IMG/VR virus record: IMGVR_UViG_3300025723_000017
Span: 64,001-128,000 of that record
Reading direction: 5' to 3' (one strand)
DNA length: 64,000 nucleotides
Origin: a virus
Lineage: Duplodnaviria > Caudoviricetes
Under the pieces are notes generated by a model. That model was not told the DNA's origin and ran no database searches. It worked only from the letters and a program-made list of their open reading frames with translations. The position numbers were made by a program, and so were the translations under genes. This document shows, one piece after another, positions 1-8,816 of the stretch. Every line of letters begins with the position of its first letter. The first letter of the stretch is position 1.

Positions 1-1
1 A

Positions 2-586
2 CATTAGTTGTGTACGATGTAATCCTTTGACATTCGAATCTGTACAATATTCTGCCGAATAGTATGAGAACCTTAACCAATCCAAATCTCCCACCATCCA
101 ATCAATTTGCACGCCTGCATCAATGTCATTTAACTGTGCATCTTTTTGTGGAAATAGAGTAAACATTCCGCCTACGTCTACTTTCTTTTCATTGCAATGT
201 ATACTAGTAGCATTTTTATTGATATATTTGGTCAAATGAATCAGGAACGCCTTAATACGTAATTGATCGTCTGTAGAAGTGATCGCCCTGCGTTTAAGTT
301 TATTAAAAGTAATAGATACTTCTGATGGATCAATGTTCCATTGCGCTACTGCATTGTCTGACAAATCTTTATCTAATATAGTTGAAGGGGCAACCCCCAA
401 ATCGATATCACCTGACTGGGGCTTCTTGCCAGTAGATCCTAGTGATTCAAATTGAATATTATTAAAAATATCTGCTTTATTTGGAAACAATTCACACAAT
501 TCAGAAAAATATGCAGACAATGTTGGCTTGATATTTTCTCTTAAAATTGGGGTTGTTTTACCAGTAAAGACATTGCCGCCCATCAT
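2..586 (-). CDS. Putative nucleotidyltransferase (Pol-beta superfamily), 3' end runs off the window
   Basis: Not in the ORF track. Manual translation gives MMGGNVFTGKTTPILRENIKPTL...LGSTGKKPQSGDIDL...VQIDWM (GS-x-DxD motif plus a third Asp). AGGAG RBS upstream. Confidence 0.6.
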   Translation of the reverse strand, partial: MMGGNVFTGKTTPILRENIKPTLSAYFSELCELFPNKADIFNNIQFESLGSTGKKPQSGDIDLGVAPSTILDKDLSDNAVAQWNIDPSEVSITFNKLKRRAITSTDDQLRIKAFLIHLTKYINKNATSIHCNEKKVDVGGMFTLFPQKDAQLNDIDAGVQIDWMVGDLDWLRFSYYSAEYCTDSNVKGLHRTQLM

Positions 587-708
587 AAACTCCTAAAATT
601 CGTATTATACATATTATAAATGATAATTAATATTACGTCAATATTTGAGTGTAGCATATTTGCAACGCACTAAATATCATGCTAAAATACAAAATTATAG
701 GAAATAAT

Positions 709-936
709 ATGTCAACAGCAATAGTATGGTCAAAAGATGGATGTCCATTTTGTGATCAAGCAAAATCATTATTAAAAATAAAAGGTATTGAATTTGAAGA
801 ACGCAATGTTTCTCAAGATTGGACCAAAGAACAGTTATTAGAAGCTGTGCCAACGGCTACAACTGTACCACAAATCTTCCTAGATGATGCTTACATAGGC
901 GGATTTACAGAATTACGCAAACATTTGCAAGGGTAA
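709..936 (+). CDS. grx: Glutaredoxin
   Basis: CPFC active site, TVPQIF and YIGGF motifs. Start at 709 after AGGA; TAAATA late-type motif at 671. Confidence 0.92.
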   Translation: MSTAIVWSKDGCPFCDQAKSLLKIKGIEFEERNVSQDWTKEQLLEAVPTATTVPQIFLDDAYIGGFTELRKHLQG

Positions 937-937
937 T

Positions 938-1240
938 ATGAACATAGAAAAAGACACAGTATATACATTTAAGTTAAGCAATGCTGACGAAATTGTTTGT
1001 AAAGTAGTTGAGATTACAGATGATTCATACATTGTATCAAGTCCATTGAGTGCAGTGCCTACTGAGAAAGGGGTACAGCTTATTTTTACTATTTTCACAG
1101 GCGATCCGCGTGAAAATGTGACTATAAATAAAGCTACAGTGGCAATGGTCTGCACTACACGAGATGAAGTTAAAGATCATTACCTTGAAGCTACAACAGG
1201 TATTAAACCTATTCGTAAGCCTTCAATCATAATGGGATAA
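938..1240 (+). CDS. Sm-like fold phage protein
   Basis: FKLSNADEIVCKV N-terminus and Y...TTGI C-terminus, typical of T4-like phage Sm-like proteins. Confidence 0.55.
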   Translation: MNIEKDTVYTFKLSNADEIVCKVVEITDDSYIVSSPLSAVPTEKGVQLIFTIFTGDPRENVTINKATVAMVCTTRDEVKDHYLEATTGIKPIRKPSIIMG

Positions 1241-1243
1241 TAT

Positions 1244-1522
1244 ATGGCAGGCGGCGTGGTAAGAGTTACAGATCCAAATTCATGTGGTGGATTTCCAGTC
1301 AATGGAGTTCCTTCTGTGCGTGTTAACGGAGTACCTATTGTAGTCAGTGGAACTTTAGTCACTCCGCATGTTAATTACCATTCCCCTCACACATCTGCGC
1401 ATACTATATCAGGTAGTCCTAATGTTAGAGCGGGTGGTATTCCTATAGTAACTGCCTCAGATTTTGACTCATGCGGACATCCTAGAGTTAATGCCAGCCC
1501 TAATGTTAGAGTAGGGTCATAA
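1244..1522 (+). CDS. PAAR-like tail spike tip protein (gp5.4-like)
   Basis: Repeated SVRVNGVP / GSPNVRAGG / ASPNVRVG strands; Cys/His metal ligands (DSCGH). Confidence 0.85.
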   Translation: MAGGVVRVTDPNSCGGFPVNGVPSVRVNGVPIVVSGTLVTPHVNYHSPHTSAHTISGSPNVRAGGIPIVTASDFDSCGHPRVNASPNVRVGS

Positions 1523-2518
1523 ATGGCCCAGTCTGCTAGTTTATTAACTCCTTTTCAATTAACTGTTACTGATAGTTTATTACATAACGTAGGCATATCA
1601 GTTAATGCTGCATTTGTAACTGCCGAAGCTACCTTTAATTCTTTACCTTATGTAACCGCATTAAATTCAGCTATAGCTGCCTCTGGTGCTGTACCTGAAT
1701 TATCTAAGCCCATTTTTCTTCAATTGTATAATATAGGGGTAGGTAATTGTTCTACCTTAGGTGATAGCATACCTGTACATTCGGGAAATAATGTATATCC
1801 CAATAATATTTTATTTTCAAATTTGTTACTGGACACAGCATATTCTTATATGGGGCAAGGTGCCACTGGAGGCAATAAAGATTTAAGTATTTTCTGTCAA
1901 GGATTCGGGGCACTTGTCGGTTATAACGGTATTACCAATAATTTTATTAATTCAGCGGTTAACAGCCAAACATATTTAAGCGGAACTTATACCAACGCTG
2001 ATAATATGGTCAGTGGTGGTATTACTAGTGTTAATCTTTGTACTGAACAATGGGGTAATGATCTTGCTAAATTAGGTGGACTAATTGACCTCAGCAATCT
2101 TAGTGAGCTTGGCACTCCACTGGCTTTAGTTAAACAATTAGCCAAAGTTGGCGGTATTACGCCAGATCTTACATTATATTTTTCAAACGCAGGAGTCAGC
2201 TTAGATGTGGTAGTAAATTTATCATCACTGAATCTTACTGCAACTGATGCTGATCAAAAAGCCATGTATAATGCGATGACGCAGATTACTGGAACAGCAT
2301 TAACACAAATATTAAAAATATTAAATGTCACAACTGCCAATATTAACACAATGGCTGATTTACTAAATCCTTATAAAATATTTCCAAATAGTTTCCAGAC
2401 GCTAACATTCACTGGAACAAATGGAGTTAGTCAAAATATTTACTTGAATGCCAGCGGAACTGTCAATGATACTATACAACAGTATTTGCCAAGAATAGCA
2501 GTGAGCACATTATCATGA
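1523..2518 (+). CDS. Putative virion/baseplate structural protein
   Basis: 331 aa, T/N/S/G-rich, directly downstream of PAAR. Confidence 0.5.
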   Translation: MAQSASLLTPFQLTVTDSLLHNVGISVNAAFVTAEATFNSLPYVTALNSAIAASGAVPELSKPIFLQLYNIGVGNCSTLGDSIPVHSGNNVYPNNILFSNLLLDTAYSYMGQGATGGNKDLSIFCQGFGALVGYNGITNNFINSAVNSQTYLSGTYTNADNMVSGGITSVNLCTEQWGNDLAKLGGLIDLSNLSELGTPLALVKQLAKVGGITPDLTLYFSNAGVSLDVVVNLSSLNLTATDADQKAMYNAMTQITGTALTQILKILNVTTANINTMADLLNPYKIFPNSFQTLTFTGTNGVSQNIYLNASGTVNDTIQQYLPRIAVSTLS

Positions 2519-3474
2519 CTGCATTAGATCGTTTAAGTCAAATTATTCCTCCTGCACAAGCTCTAGCTAATAAAGCATTGTCAGTTGCATTACAACAAAT
2601 AACAAATATAGCATCTTTAAACCTGCCACAATTTGCTAATGCTGTTAGTGGGGTACAGACTAATTATGGATTGCCACTAGTTAATTCGCAAACTACCGCG
2701 GTAGATCCAGCAGTGGCACAAAATCTGATTAATACATTAGGAACAGGCTCAGGTCCTAATGGTACACTTACCATAGATGATTCAATGGGGTTGGCAGCTG
2801 GAGTCGTAGTTACTGGTGCGCTAACCAATACAATTACAATACTTAATTCGATGAATTTATCTAATCTAGTTAGTATATACAATGACATAACAGCCACTGC
2901 CACTGGCACGTATGGTCCTCCGACTGGACCAATTACTATTACAACTGGGCCAGCTATTGGAACTTATGATAATATAGACGCAGCATTTGCAGGACAAACA
3001 GCGAATCTAACAAGTAATACTGCCGGAGGAAAAGGGCTTATCCCATCAGTTAATTCAAATGTTATTCCCGCCATTATTACATTATATCCAAGTCAAACCG
3101 CTAATTTAAATACAAATTGGAATAACATGATGACTCAGTTGAATAATGAAAAAACTATTCAAAAGAGTGCTAGTATCCAATTCGCTAATATGACTGCCAG
3201 TAGTAATCCTGCAATATATAGTTTTGTTTTATCCCTACCATATTATGGACAAGACACCATAGCCAATGGAGCTTTTCAATATCTCGAATCAGTGGCCGAT
3301 ACAAGTACTCTCGGCGGACAAACTCTAATTGCAGCGTTGCGCCAAGGACAGTCAAACATCAGTACTTCAGGATTGGTTACTACTAGTAATATACCATTGG
3401 CACCAAACCCCCCTGCACCAACTGCTAATTTAACTGTATCTCAGTATCCATACCCACTACCGCCTGCTAGCTAA
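2515..3474 (+). CDS. Putative virion/baseplate structural protein
   Basis: 319 aa, T/N/G-rich, ATGA overlap with the previous gene. Confidence 0.5.
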   Translation: MTALDRLSQIIPPAQALANKALSVALQQITNIASLNLPQFANAVSGVQTNYGLPLVNSQTTAVDPAVAQNLINTLGTGSGPNGTLTIDDSMGLAAGVVVTGALTNTITILNSMNLSNLVSIYNDITATATGTYGPPTGPITITTGPAIGTYDNIDAAFAGQTANLTSNTAGGKGLIPSVNSNVIPAIITLYPSQTANLNTNWNNMMTQLNNEKTIQKSASIQFANMTASSNPAIYSFVLSLPYYGQDTIANGAFQYLESVADTSTLGGQTLIAALRQGQSNISTSGLVTTSNIPLAPNPPAPTANLTVSQYPYPLPPAS

Positions 3475-3491
3475 TCTAACTAAATAATTGT

Positions 3492-4184
3492 ATGAGAGCA
3501 AAAGAATTTATCACTGAATTGACATTTATGGGAAGTCCATGCACTAAAGATTGTAGTGGACATCGAGCGGGATATGAATGGGGCAAATTAAATGGACAGG
3601 AAGCCGTAACACCTAGTCAAAGTTTTAATAAAGGCACTTATATATCACAAAACTATAAAGAAAGACAACAAGGTGGCGGAAAAGTTAAAGGTCAACTAAG
3701 CCAAAGCCCCAGTGCTATACGTAGACGAGAACAACGTGCGCAGTCTCGACAACCAACTGCTCCTGTAGCCGAAGCAACAGGCGACGCAAGTTTTGATCAA
3801 ATGATGCAAAATATTACAAATCCAAATGCATTAGATGCACATGCTCGAGATGAACGTGTTAGAACTGCTGATCATGAATTTTTACAATTAGGTGATCATA
3901 TATGGGCGCATTTAGAAAAATTAGGTAAGCAAATACTTAATAAACCACAAAGACTTAACTGGTACAACCAATCAATTAAGTCAGGTGATTACGATGCAAT
4001 ATCCGATTGGCTAACACAAGTACTAGGCATCAGCCACGAAATTTTAGAAAAATTAAATCAACTGTGTTATGAATGGGGTCGTCCACTAATAGAATTTGTC
4101 GAATCTGTACAAGAAGGTACCTTTGCACAGGATTATATGCAGCATTGGAAACAATATAAATTACATGCCGAGGGCAGCGATTAA
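3492..4184 (+). CDS. Putative internal head protein with capsid-targeting-like N-terminus
   Basis: Starts MRAKEFITE; TAAATA late-type motif immediately upstream; CTKDCSGH motif. Confidence 0.55.
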   Translation: MRAKEFITELTFMGSPCTKDCSGHRAGYEWGKLNGQEAVTPSQSFNKGTYISQNYKERQQGGGKVKGQLSQSPSAIRRREQRAQSRQPTAPVAEATGDASFDQMMQNITNPNALDAHARDERVRTADHEFLQLGDHIWAHLEKLGKQILNKPQRLNWYNQSIKSGDYDAISDWLTQVLGISHEILEKLNQLCYEWGRPLIEFVESVQEGTFAQDYMQHWKQYKLHAEGSD

Positions 4185-4187
4185 GTC

Positions 4188-4240
4188 GTTGCACACTCAC
4201 AACATTACCAATTGACACTTAATTACCAAATTGCTATAAT
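4188..4240 (+). promoter_or_regulatory. Sigma70 promoter with upstream GTTG-N8-CAAC palindrome
   Basis: GTTGCACACTCACAAC 4188-4203; TTGACA 4212-4217, 17 bp spacer, TATAAT 4235-4240. Confidence 0.8.
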
Positions 4241-4268
4241 TTGATATTATAACAATTTGGGATTTAAC

Positions 4269-4868
4269 ATGGACAACAAATTATTGTCTTATATTGTGTT
4301 TGGTCTAGCCGCAGTTTTTGTAGTTCATACGGAAATACGTATGGATAAAATCGAAGCTCGTATAGAAAGACTTGAATCTCGCGTAGATAAAATCGAACGT
4401 CAATTTGATCGTATCGAACGACAAATGGATCGTATTGAAGAAAAATTAGACGAAATTATCCATATCAAAGAATCGATTGTATATACTCCCAAAGAATTAG
4501 AATGTCTAACTAAAAATATTTACTATGAAGCCGGCATTGAAGATCGTACAGGTAAGTATGCAGTGGCCAATGTTACTGTCAATCGTATGAAGTCAGGTAA
4601 ATGGGGCAAAGATTTATGCAAGGTCGTATATGCACCTAAACAGTTTAGTTGGACGATAAAAAGTCATTTGCCTAAACCCTACAAAGATTTGTGGGAAGAT
4701 TCACAACAGATTGCAGTTGATGTTCTGTCAGGTGCCCGGGTACGCGGGTTAAAGGATAGTTTATTTTATCACGCAAATTATATCAAAGTACCAAATTGGG
4801 CCGATGCAAATGAATATGTTATTACCATCGGTCGACATATTTTTTACAATCGTGCAAAACTAGCTTGA
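4269..4868 (+). CDS. Cell-wall hydrolase, SleB/Hydrolase_2 family, with TM anchor and heptad coiled coil
   Basis: CLTKNIYYEA, AVANVTVNR, QFSW, FYHA and IGRHIFY motifs; RIERLESRVDKIERQFDRIERQMDRIE repeat. Confidence 0.88.
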   Translation: MDNKLLSYIVFGLAAVFVVHTEIRMDKIEARIERLESRVDKIERQFDRIERQMDRIEEKLDEIIHIKESIVYTPKELECLTKNIYYEAGIEDRTGKYAVANVTVNRMKSGKWGKDLCKVVYAPKQFSWTIKSHLPKPYKDLWEDSQQIAVDVLSGARVRGLKDSLFYHANYIKVPNWADANEYVITIGRHIFYNRAKLA

Positions 4869-4923
4869 CAATTAGTTGTTAGTTAGTTATAATATTCATA
4901 TAATTAATCAATCAGGTTGTGTT

Positions 4924-5634
4924 ATGTATAATTTTCAAGCTCGTAGTACACCTTACACATATCGTAAATCAGTGAACAAAAAAATTCCTATTGTAGTTAA
5001 TTTAGTTCCAGCTGACCAAGTGTGGGCCACCGCAGCCTATGCTGACCGCGTTAACGGTGGATTTTACTTTAAAGAAACTCAGTACGAAAACGAAGTTGTT
5101 AAATATGATGCTAATCGCACGATTATAAATCGTCTACTAGACCCTAGCTATATTAATAAAGATATTACAGAAGCAGATTATGAAATGGGCAGACTTGCTC
5201 GTGATTGGCACAAAGGTCGTACATTGATGGCAGCTATTAAACGTCCACTATCTGGCTTTGAATCTAACCTAGCAAAAGCTGCTAGTATGGATGAATTTGC
5301 GCTGGAAGTACATAAATTAGAAATTGCCACCATTGCCAGTCAGATCCGCAGCTACCGTCTTGGTGTAGTGGAAGAAGAAAAGATGTGGGGTACTGATACT
5401 ACGCCGCTAGCTGAGATTGGTGCAAAAGTACAATGTGAAATCGAAGTTATTAAATCAATTTACAGCCCGGCATATGACTGTGTTTTTATTCGCGCACTTA
5501 CGGTTGATACAAAAAAAGTATTACTGTTTACCTACCGTGAACCGTTTGTGGTTGGAACTATAATTACAATCAAAGGCACAGTTAAAGGACATCACCCAGA
5601 CTGTACTCAACTTAATCGTGTAAAGGTGTTATAA
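4924..5634 (+). CDS. Hypothetical protein, possible C-terminal OB fold
   Basis: Ends IKGTVKGH...TQLNRVKV; own sigma70 promoter at about 4865. Confidence 0.55.
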   Translation: MYNFQARSTPYTYRKSVNKKIPIVVNLVPADQVWATAAYADRVNGGFYFKETQYENEVVKYDANRTIINRLLDPSYINKDITEADYEMGRLARDWHKGRTLMAAIKRPLSGFESNLAKAASMDEFALEVHKLEIATIASQIRSYRLGVVEEEKMWGTDTTPLAEIGAKVQCEIEVIKSIYSPAYDCVFIRALTVDTKKVLLFTYREPFVVGTIITIKGTVKGHHPDCTQLNRVKVL

Positions 5635-6056
5635 TGGGATTAGATCAATACGCTTATGTCGCAACCAACGCTGGTATGCATGAGTCTTACTATTCAGATG
5701 AGAATTATGATAAAGAAGAAGATGATCCAACTAAGATCGCCGAGCCACGTGAATTGGCCTCCTGGCGCAAGCATCCGAATCTTCAGGGCTGGATGGAACG
5801 ACTTTGGGTAGAAAAAAACCCAGGTGCCGATGAAGAGACTGGGTATATGTTTAATGGTGTTGAACTAGAACTTACATGGGAAGACCTTGATAGGTTAGAA
5901 GCTGATGTAATAGCCGGGCAATTGCCTGATACTAAGGGATTCTTTTTTGGAAATAATGCAGACGATTATTATCGAGAATCCGATTTAAAATTTATTAGAG
6001 AAGCCAAAGCAGAAGTTTTTCTTGGACTTCGTGTATTTTACAACTCAAGTTGGTGA
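5634..6056 (+). CDS. Conserved hypothetical phage protein
   Basis: MGLDQY...WRKHPNLQGWM...GFFFG...YNSSW pattern. Confidence 0.6.
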   Translation: MGLDQYAYVATNAGMHESYYSDENYDKEEDDPTKIAEPRELASWRKHPNLQGWMERLWVEKNPGADEETGYMFNGVELELTWEDLDRLEADVIAGQLPDTKGFFFGNNADDYYRESDLKFIREAKAEVFLGLRVFYNSSW

Positions 6057-6058
6057 TT

Positions 6059-6361
6059 ATGCATTACGAATTCATCGGATGGAATACAAACGGCAACAGT
6101 GATAAGATCTGGGCAGTTGCCATGCTTTCTGGTACTGTCTATACCCAGTTAAATCATAAATGGATTATAGTATGGGGTCGGCGCGGTAAAAATCTACAGC
6201 ATAAAATAGTAGAGAGTGCCGACTGGGAGATTCGAACTCGAATTAATCAACAATTGCAGTCAGGATATCGAGAAATTAGCTACGATAATGTAGATGGCGT
6301 ATATCCAGGATTATCAGAGGCCTTGGAAAAAGTTTTTACTTGGGCATTATTAAAAATATAA
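6059..6361 (+). CDS. WGR-domain protein
   Basis: NSDKIW...WGRRG...GYRE signature; lies next to the DNA ligase. Confidence 0.65.
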   Translation: MHYEFIGWNTNGNSDKIWAVAMLSGTVYTQLNHKWIIVWGRRGKNLQHKIVESADWEIRTRINQQLQSGYREISYDNVDGVYPGLSEALEKVFTWALLKI

Positions 6362-6394
6362 CTGTATTATGACACAACGAGATTACTAAATATT

Positions 6395-7762
6395 ATGAAC
6401 ACACAAATTGATTATAGTGCAACAGGGTTTGAAGGAATTAAATTGGCAGCAGATTGGATCCGTGACCTTGAAAGTGACAACAGTAGATTGCACAAGGAAG
6501 CTGTGATTGAAAAAGCCCTAATGGCAGCAAAATTAGGTTCAACCAATGCACAATGTTTTTTATTCAATTGTTACCAAGCGTACAATCCATATTATGTATT
6601 CGGTGTTAAAAAAATTCCTGAAACTGATGGATTAGTAAATCGACCTAATTCCTGGCCTAAGTTTTGGGCGTTGTTGGAAGGATTGCGTACCCGTAGTCTA
6701 ACTGGGCATGCTGCTCGAGATGCTATTGAGGATGTGAGTCAACTATTTGATTCTGTTGAATGGAATCAATTATGTCGCCGTGTGTTGATTAAAGACTTAC
6801 GATGCGGTATTACCGAACGAACATTGAACAAAATTTTAGGCAAGACTGAATGGGCCATTCCTGTATTTGAATGTCAATTAGCAACGGATTCAAATAAACA
6901 TGTAGCTAAAATGAAAGGTCGTAAACGCTTGGAACAGAAATTAGATGGCGTAAGAGTATTGGCTGTGGTATCTAGTACAGGAGTACGATTGTTTAGTCGT
7001 AATGGTAAACCATTCGACAATTTCCCACATATTGCCAAAGCTATCGACGATTGTTCCTATAATAAAATGCCGGGTACAAGCTATGTATTAGATGGTGAAG
7101 TTATCGGTGCCAGCTTCCAGGCGTTGATGAAACAGGCACAACGCAAAACCAATGTTGACTCTGCTGATATGGTGTATAATGTATTTGATTACATTCCGCT
7201 GGCAGATTTTGAACGAGGTTATTGGAATACACAGCAACACAAACGTTTAGATATATTGGAAAAATTACGTCCTGTATTTGACACTACTGATTGTATTAAC
7301 ATAATGGACGGCATCGAAGTTGACCTTGATACATGTGAGGGTCATAATCAACTAAAACGCTATGCCAATGATGCCGTATTGGCTGGATTTGAAGGCATTA
7401 TGATTAAAGATATTGATGCCCCATATGAATGTAAACGTTCAAGCTTCTGGATGAAATGGAAACCTGTTATCAGTGTAGACTTAAATATAGTTGGATTTGA
7501 AGAAGGAACAGGTCGCAATTTAGGTAGACTTGGTGCTATAATATGTGAAGGTGTTGACGATGGTAGAGATATTAAAGTTAATGTTGGAAGTGGATTATCT
7601 GATGCCGATAGAGATGAATATTGGCTTAACAGGGACACCCTAATGGGTAATGTAGTGGAAGTAGCAGCAGATGCCGTAACTCAAAATCAAGACGGAACGT
7701 ATAGCCTTAGGTTTCCAAGGTTTGTTAGATTCCGAGGATTTGAACCCGGTGAGAAATTATAA
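6395..7762 (+). CDS. lig: ATP-dependent DNA ligase
   Basis: KLDGVR adenylation motif, SRNGK, LDGE, EGIMIK, KWKP, SLRFPRF. Confidence 0.96.
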   Translation: MNTQIDYSATGFEGIKLAADWIRDLESDNSRLHKEAVIEKALMAAKLGSTNAQCFLFNCYQAYNPYYVFGVKKIPETDGLVNRPNSWPKFWALLEGLRTRSLTGHAARDAIEDVSQLFDSVEWNQLCRRVLIKDLRCGITERTLNKILGKTEWAIPVFECQLATDSNKHVAKMKGRKRLEQKLDGVRVLAVVSSTGVRLFSRNGKPFDNFPHIAKAIDDCSYNKMPGTSYVLDGEVIGASFQALMKQAQRKTNVDSADMVYNVFDYIPLADFERGYWNTQQHKRLDILEKLRPVFDTTDCINIMDGIEVDLDTCEGHNQLKRYANDAVLAGFEGIMIKDIDAPYECKRSSFWMKWKPVISVDLNIVGFEEGTGRNLGRLGAIICEGVDDGRDIKVNVGSGLSDADRDEYWLNRDTLMGNVVEVAADAVTQNQDGTYSLRFPRFVRFRGFEPGEKL

Positions 7763-7775
7763 AAAGGAAAGTAAA

Positions 7776-7970
7776 ATGACACAAAAATATGAATTTGAAC
7801 TATTACCAGAAATAAAAGATGGCGAGACTTTGATTATTCACGTACCAGTCGGTAATCTGCCTACAGAGGCAGCAGAAGCTTATGTCGAGCAATTTAAAGA
7901 ACGTTTCTTAACAGAAATAGAACATCAATCGACAACTGCAAAATATTTTTTTGTACCAAAACGTAGTTAA
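7776..7970 (+). CDS. Small protein resembling the clip segment of T4-type portal (gp20)
   Basis: IHVPVGNLPTEAAEAYVEQFKERF...YFFVPKR; AAGGAA RBS. Confidence 0.5.
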   Translation: MTQKYEFELLPEIKDGETLIIHVPVGNLPTEAAEAYVEQFKERFLTEIEHQSTTAKYFFVPKRS

Positions 7971-7986
7971 TCTTAAAGGGAATTAC

Positions 7987-8154
7987 ATGGCTGTGAAATC
8001 GTGGTATTTAACCGTAGTAGAAACCGGCACCAATAAAAAAGTTTTTGATAAACTATTTTTTACCGCCCCAGTAATGAACAAATATATCAAGGAAGAAAAG
8101 ATCCTAGAGAAATATCCTAAACCACAATATTATATTGTGAAGGAAAATTACTAA
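7987..8154 (+). CDS. Hypothetical protein
   Basis: ORF with RBS in a tightly packed operon. Confidence 0.55.
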   Translation: MAVKSWYLTVVETGTNKKVFDKLFFTAPVMNKYIKEEKILEKYPKPQYYIVKENY

Positions 8155-8426
8155 TGAAAGTAAAACGACGAAAATTTAACATTTTCGAACAATTAGAATT
8201 AGCGCATGCCGATGCAACTGCATCAGGTCCAGTAGAAGAATATATACTGACCCCTGAAGAATTTCATGAATTCCAGCTGGATGCAAAGAATCGACCCGGC
8301 ACAAGTTTTCGAGTAGTCAAAGGTCGACCTGGGGATATGTTAGGTGGCGACTGGTATTTTCGCGGTGCTATTATATCAGTAGAAGAATATATTAAACCCA
8401 AGCGCAATGTCAAATCAAAATCATGA
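8154..8426 (+). CDS. Hypothetical protein
   Basis: TAATG overlap, operon context. Confidence 0.55.
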   Translation: MKVKRRKFNIFEQLELAHADATASGPVEEYILTPEEFHEFQLDAKNRPGTSFRVVKGRPGDMLGGDWYFRGAIISVEEYIKPKRNVKSKS

Positions 8427-8808
8427 TCACGACGAATTAATACGTCATTTGCGTGGTATACAATATGTCGTAATTAATTCCCAGCATGGTGGGTTTGGAC
8501 TTAGTAAAGAAGCTAGATATCTTTATTTACAGCTAGCTGGAATCGATTATACAACTACCTCGAACCGAGATCGTGATACTGAAAATTGGTACGGTCACAG
8601 TATTATAGTAAATGGTTCGCAATGGCATGAAAACGACATTGCTCGAGATGATCCTGCACTAGTAAATGTAGTTCGCCAATTAGGTAGCAAAGCTGATGGT
8701 AGATTTGCTAAACTAAAGATTGTAGAAGTCCCTGCTGGGGTCAAATGGCGCATAGCCGGGTATGACGGCATCGAATGGGTAGAAGAAGTACACAGAACTT
8801 GGAGCTAA
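8407..8808 (+). CDS. Conserved hypothetical phage protein
   Basis: VVIN...GGFGLS...RDDPALV...LKIVEVP...YDGIEWV pattern. Confidence 0.6.
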   Translation: MSNQNHDHDELIRHLRGIQYVVINSQHGGFGLSKEARYLYLQLAGIDYTTTSNRDRDTENWYGHSIIVNGSQWHENDIARDDPALVNVVRQLGSKADGRFAKLKIVEVPAGVKWRIAGYDGIEWVEEVHRTWS

Positions 8809-8816
8809 ATAATTAA

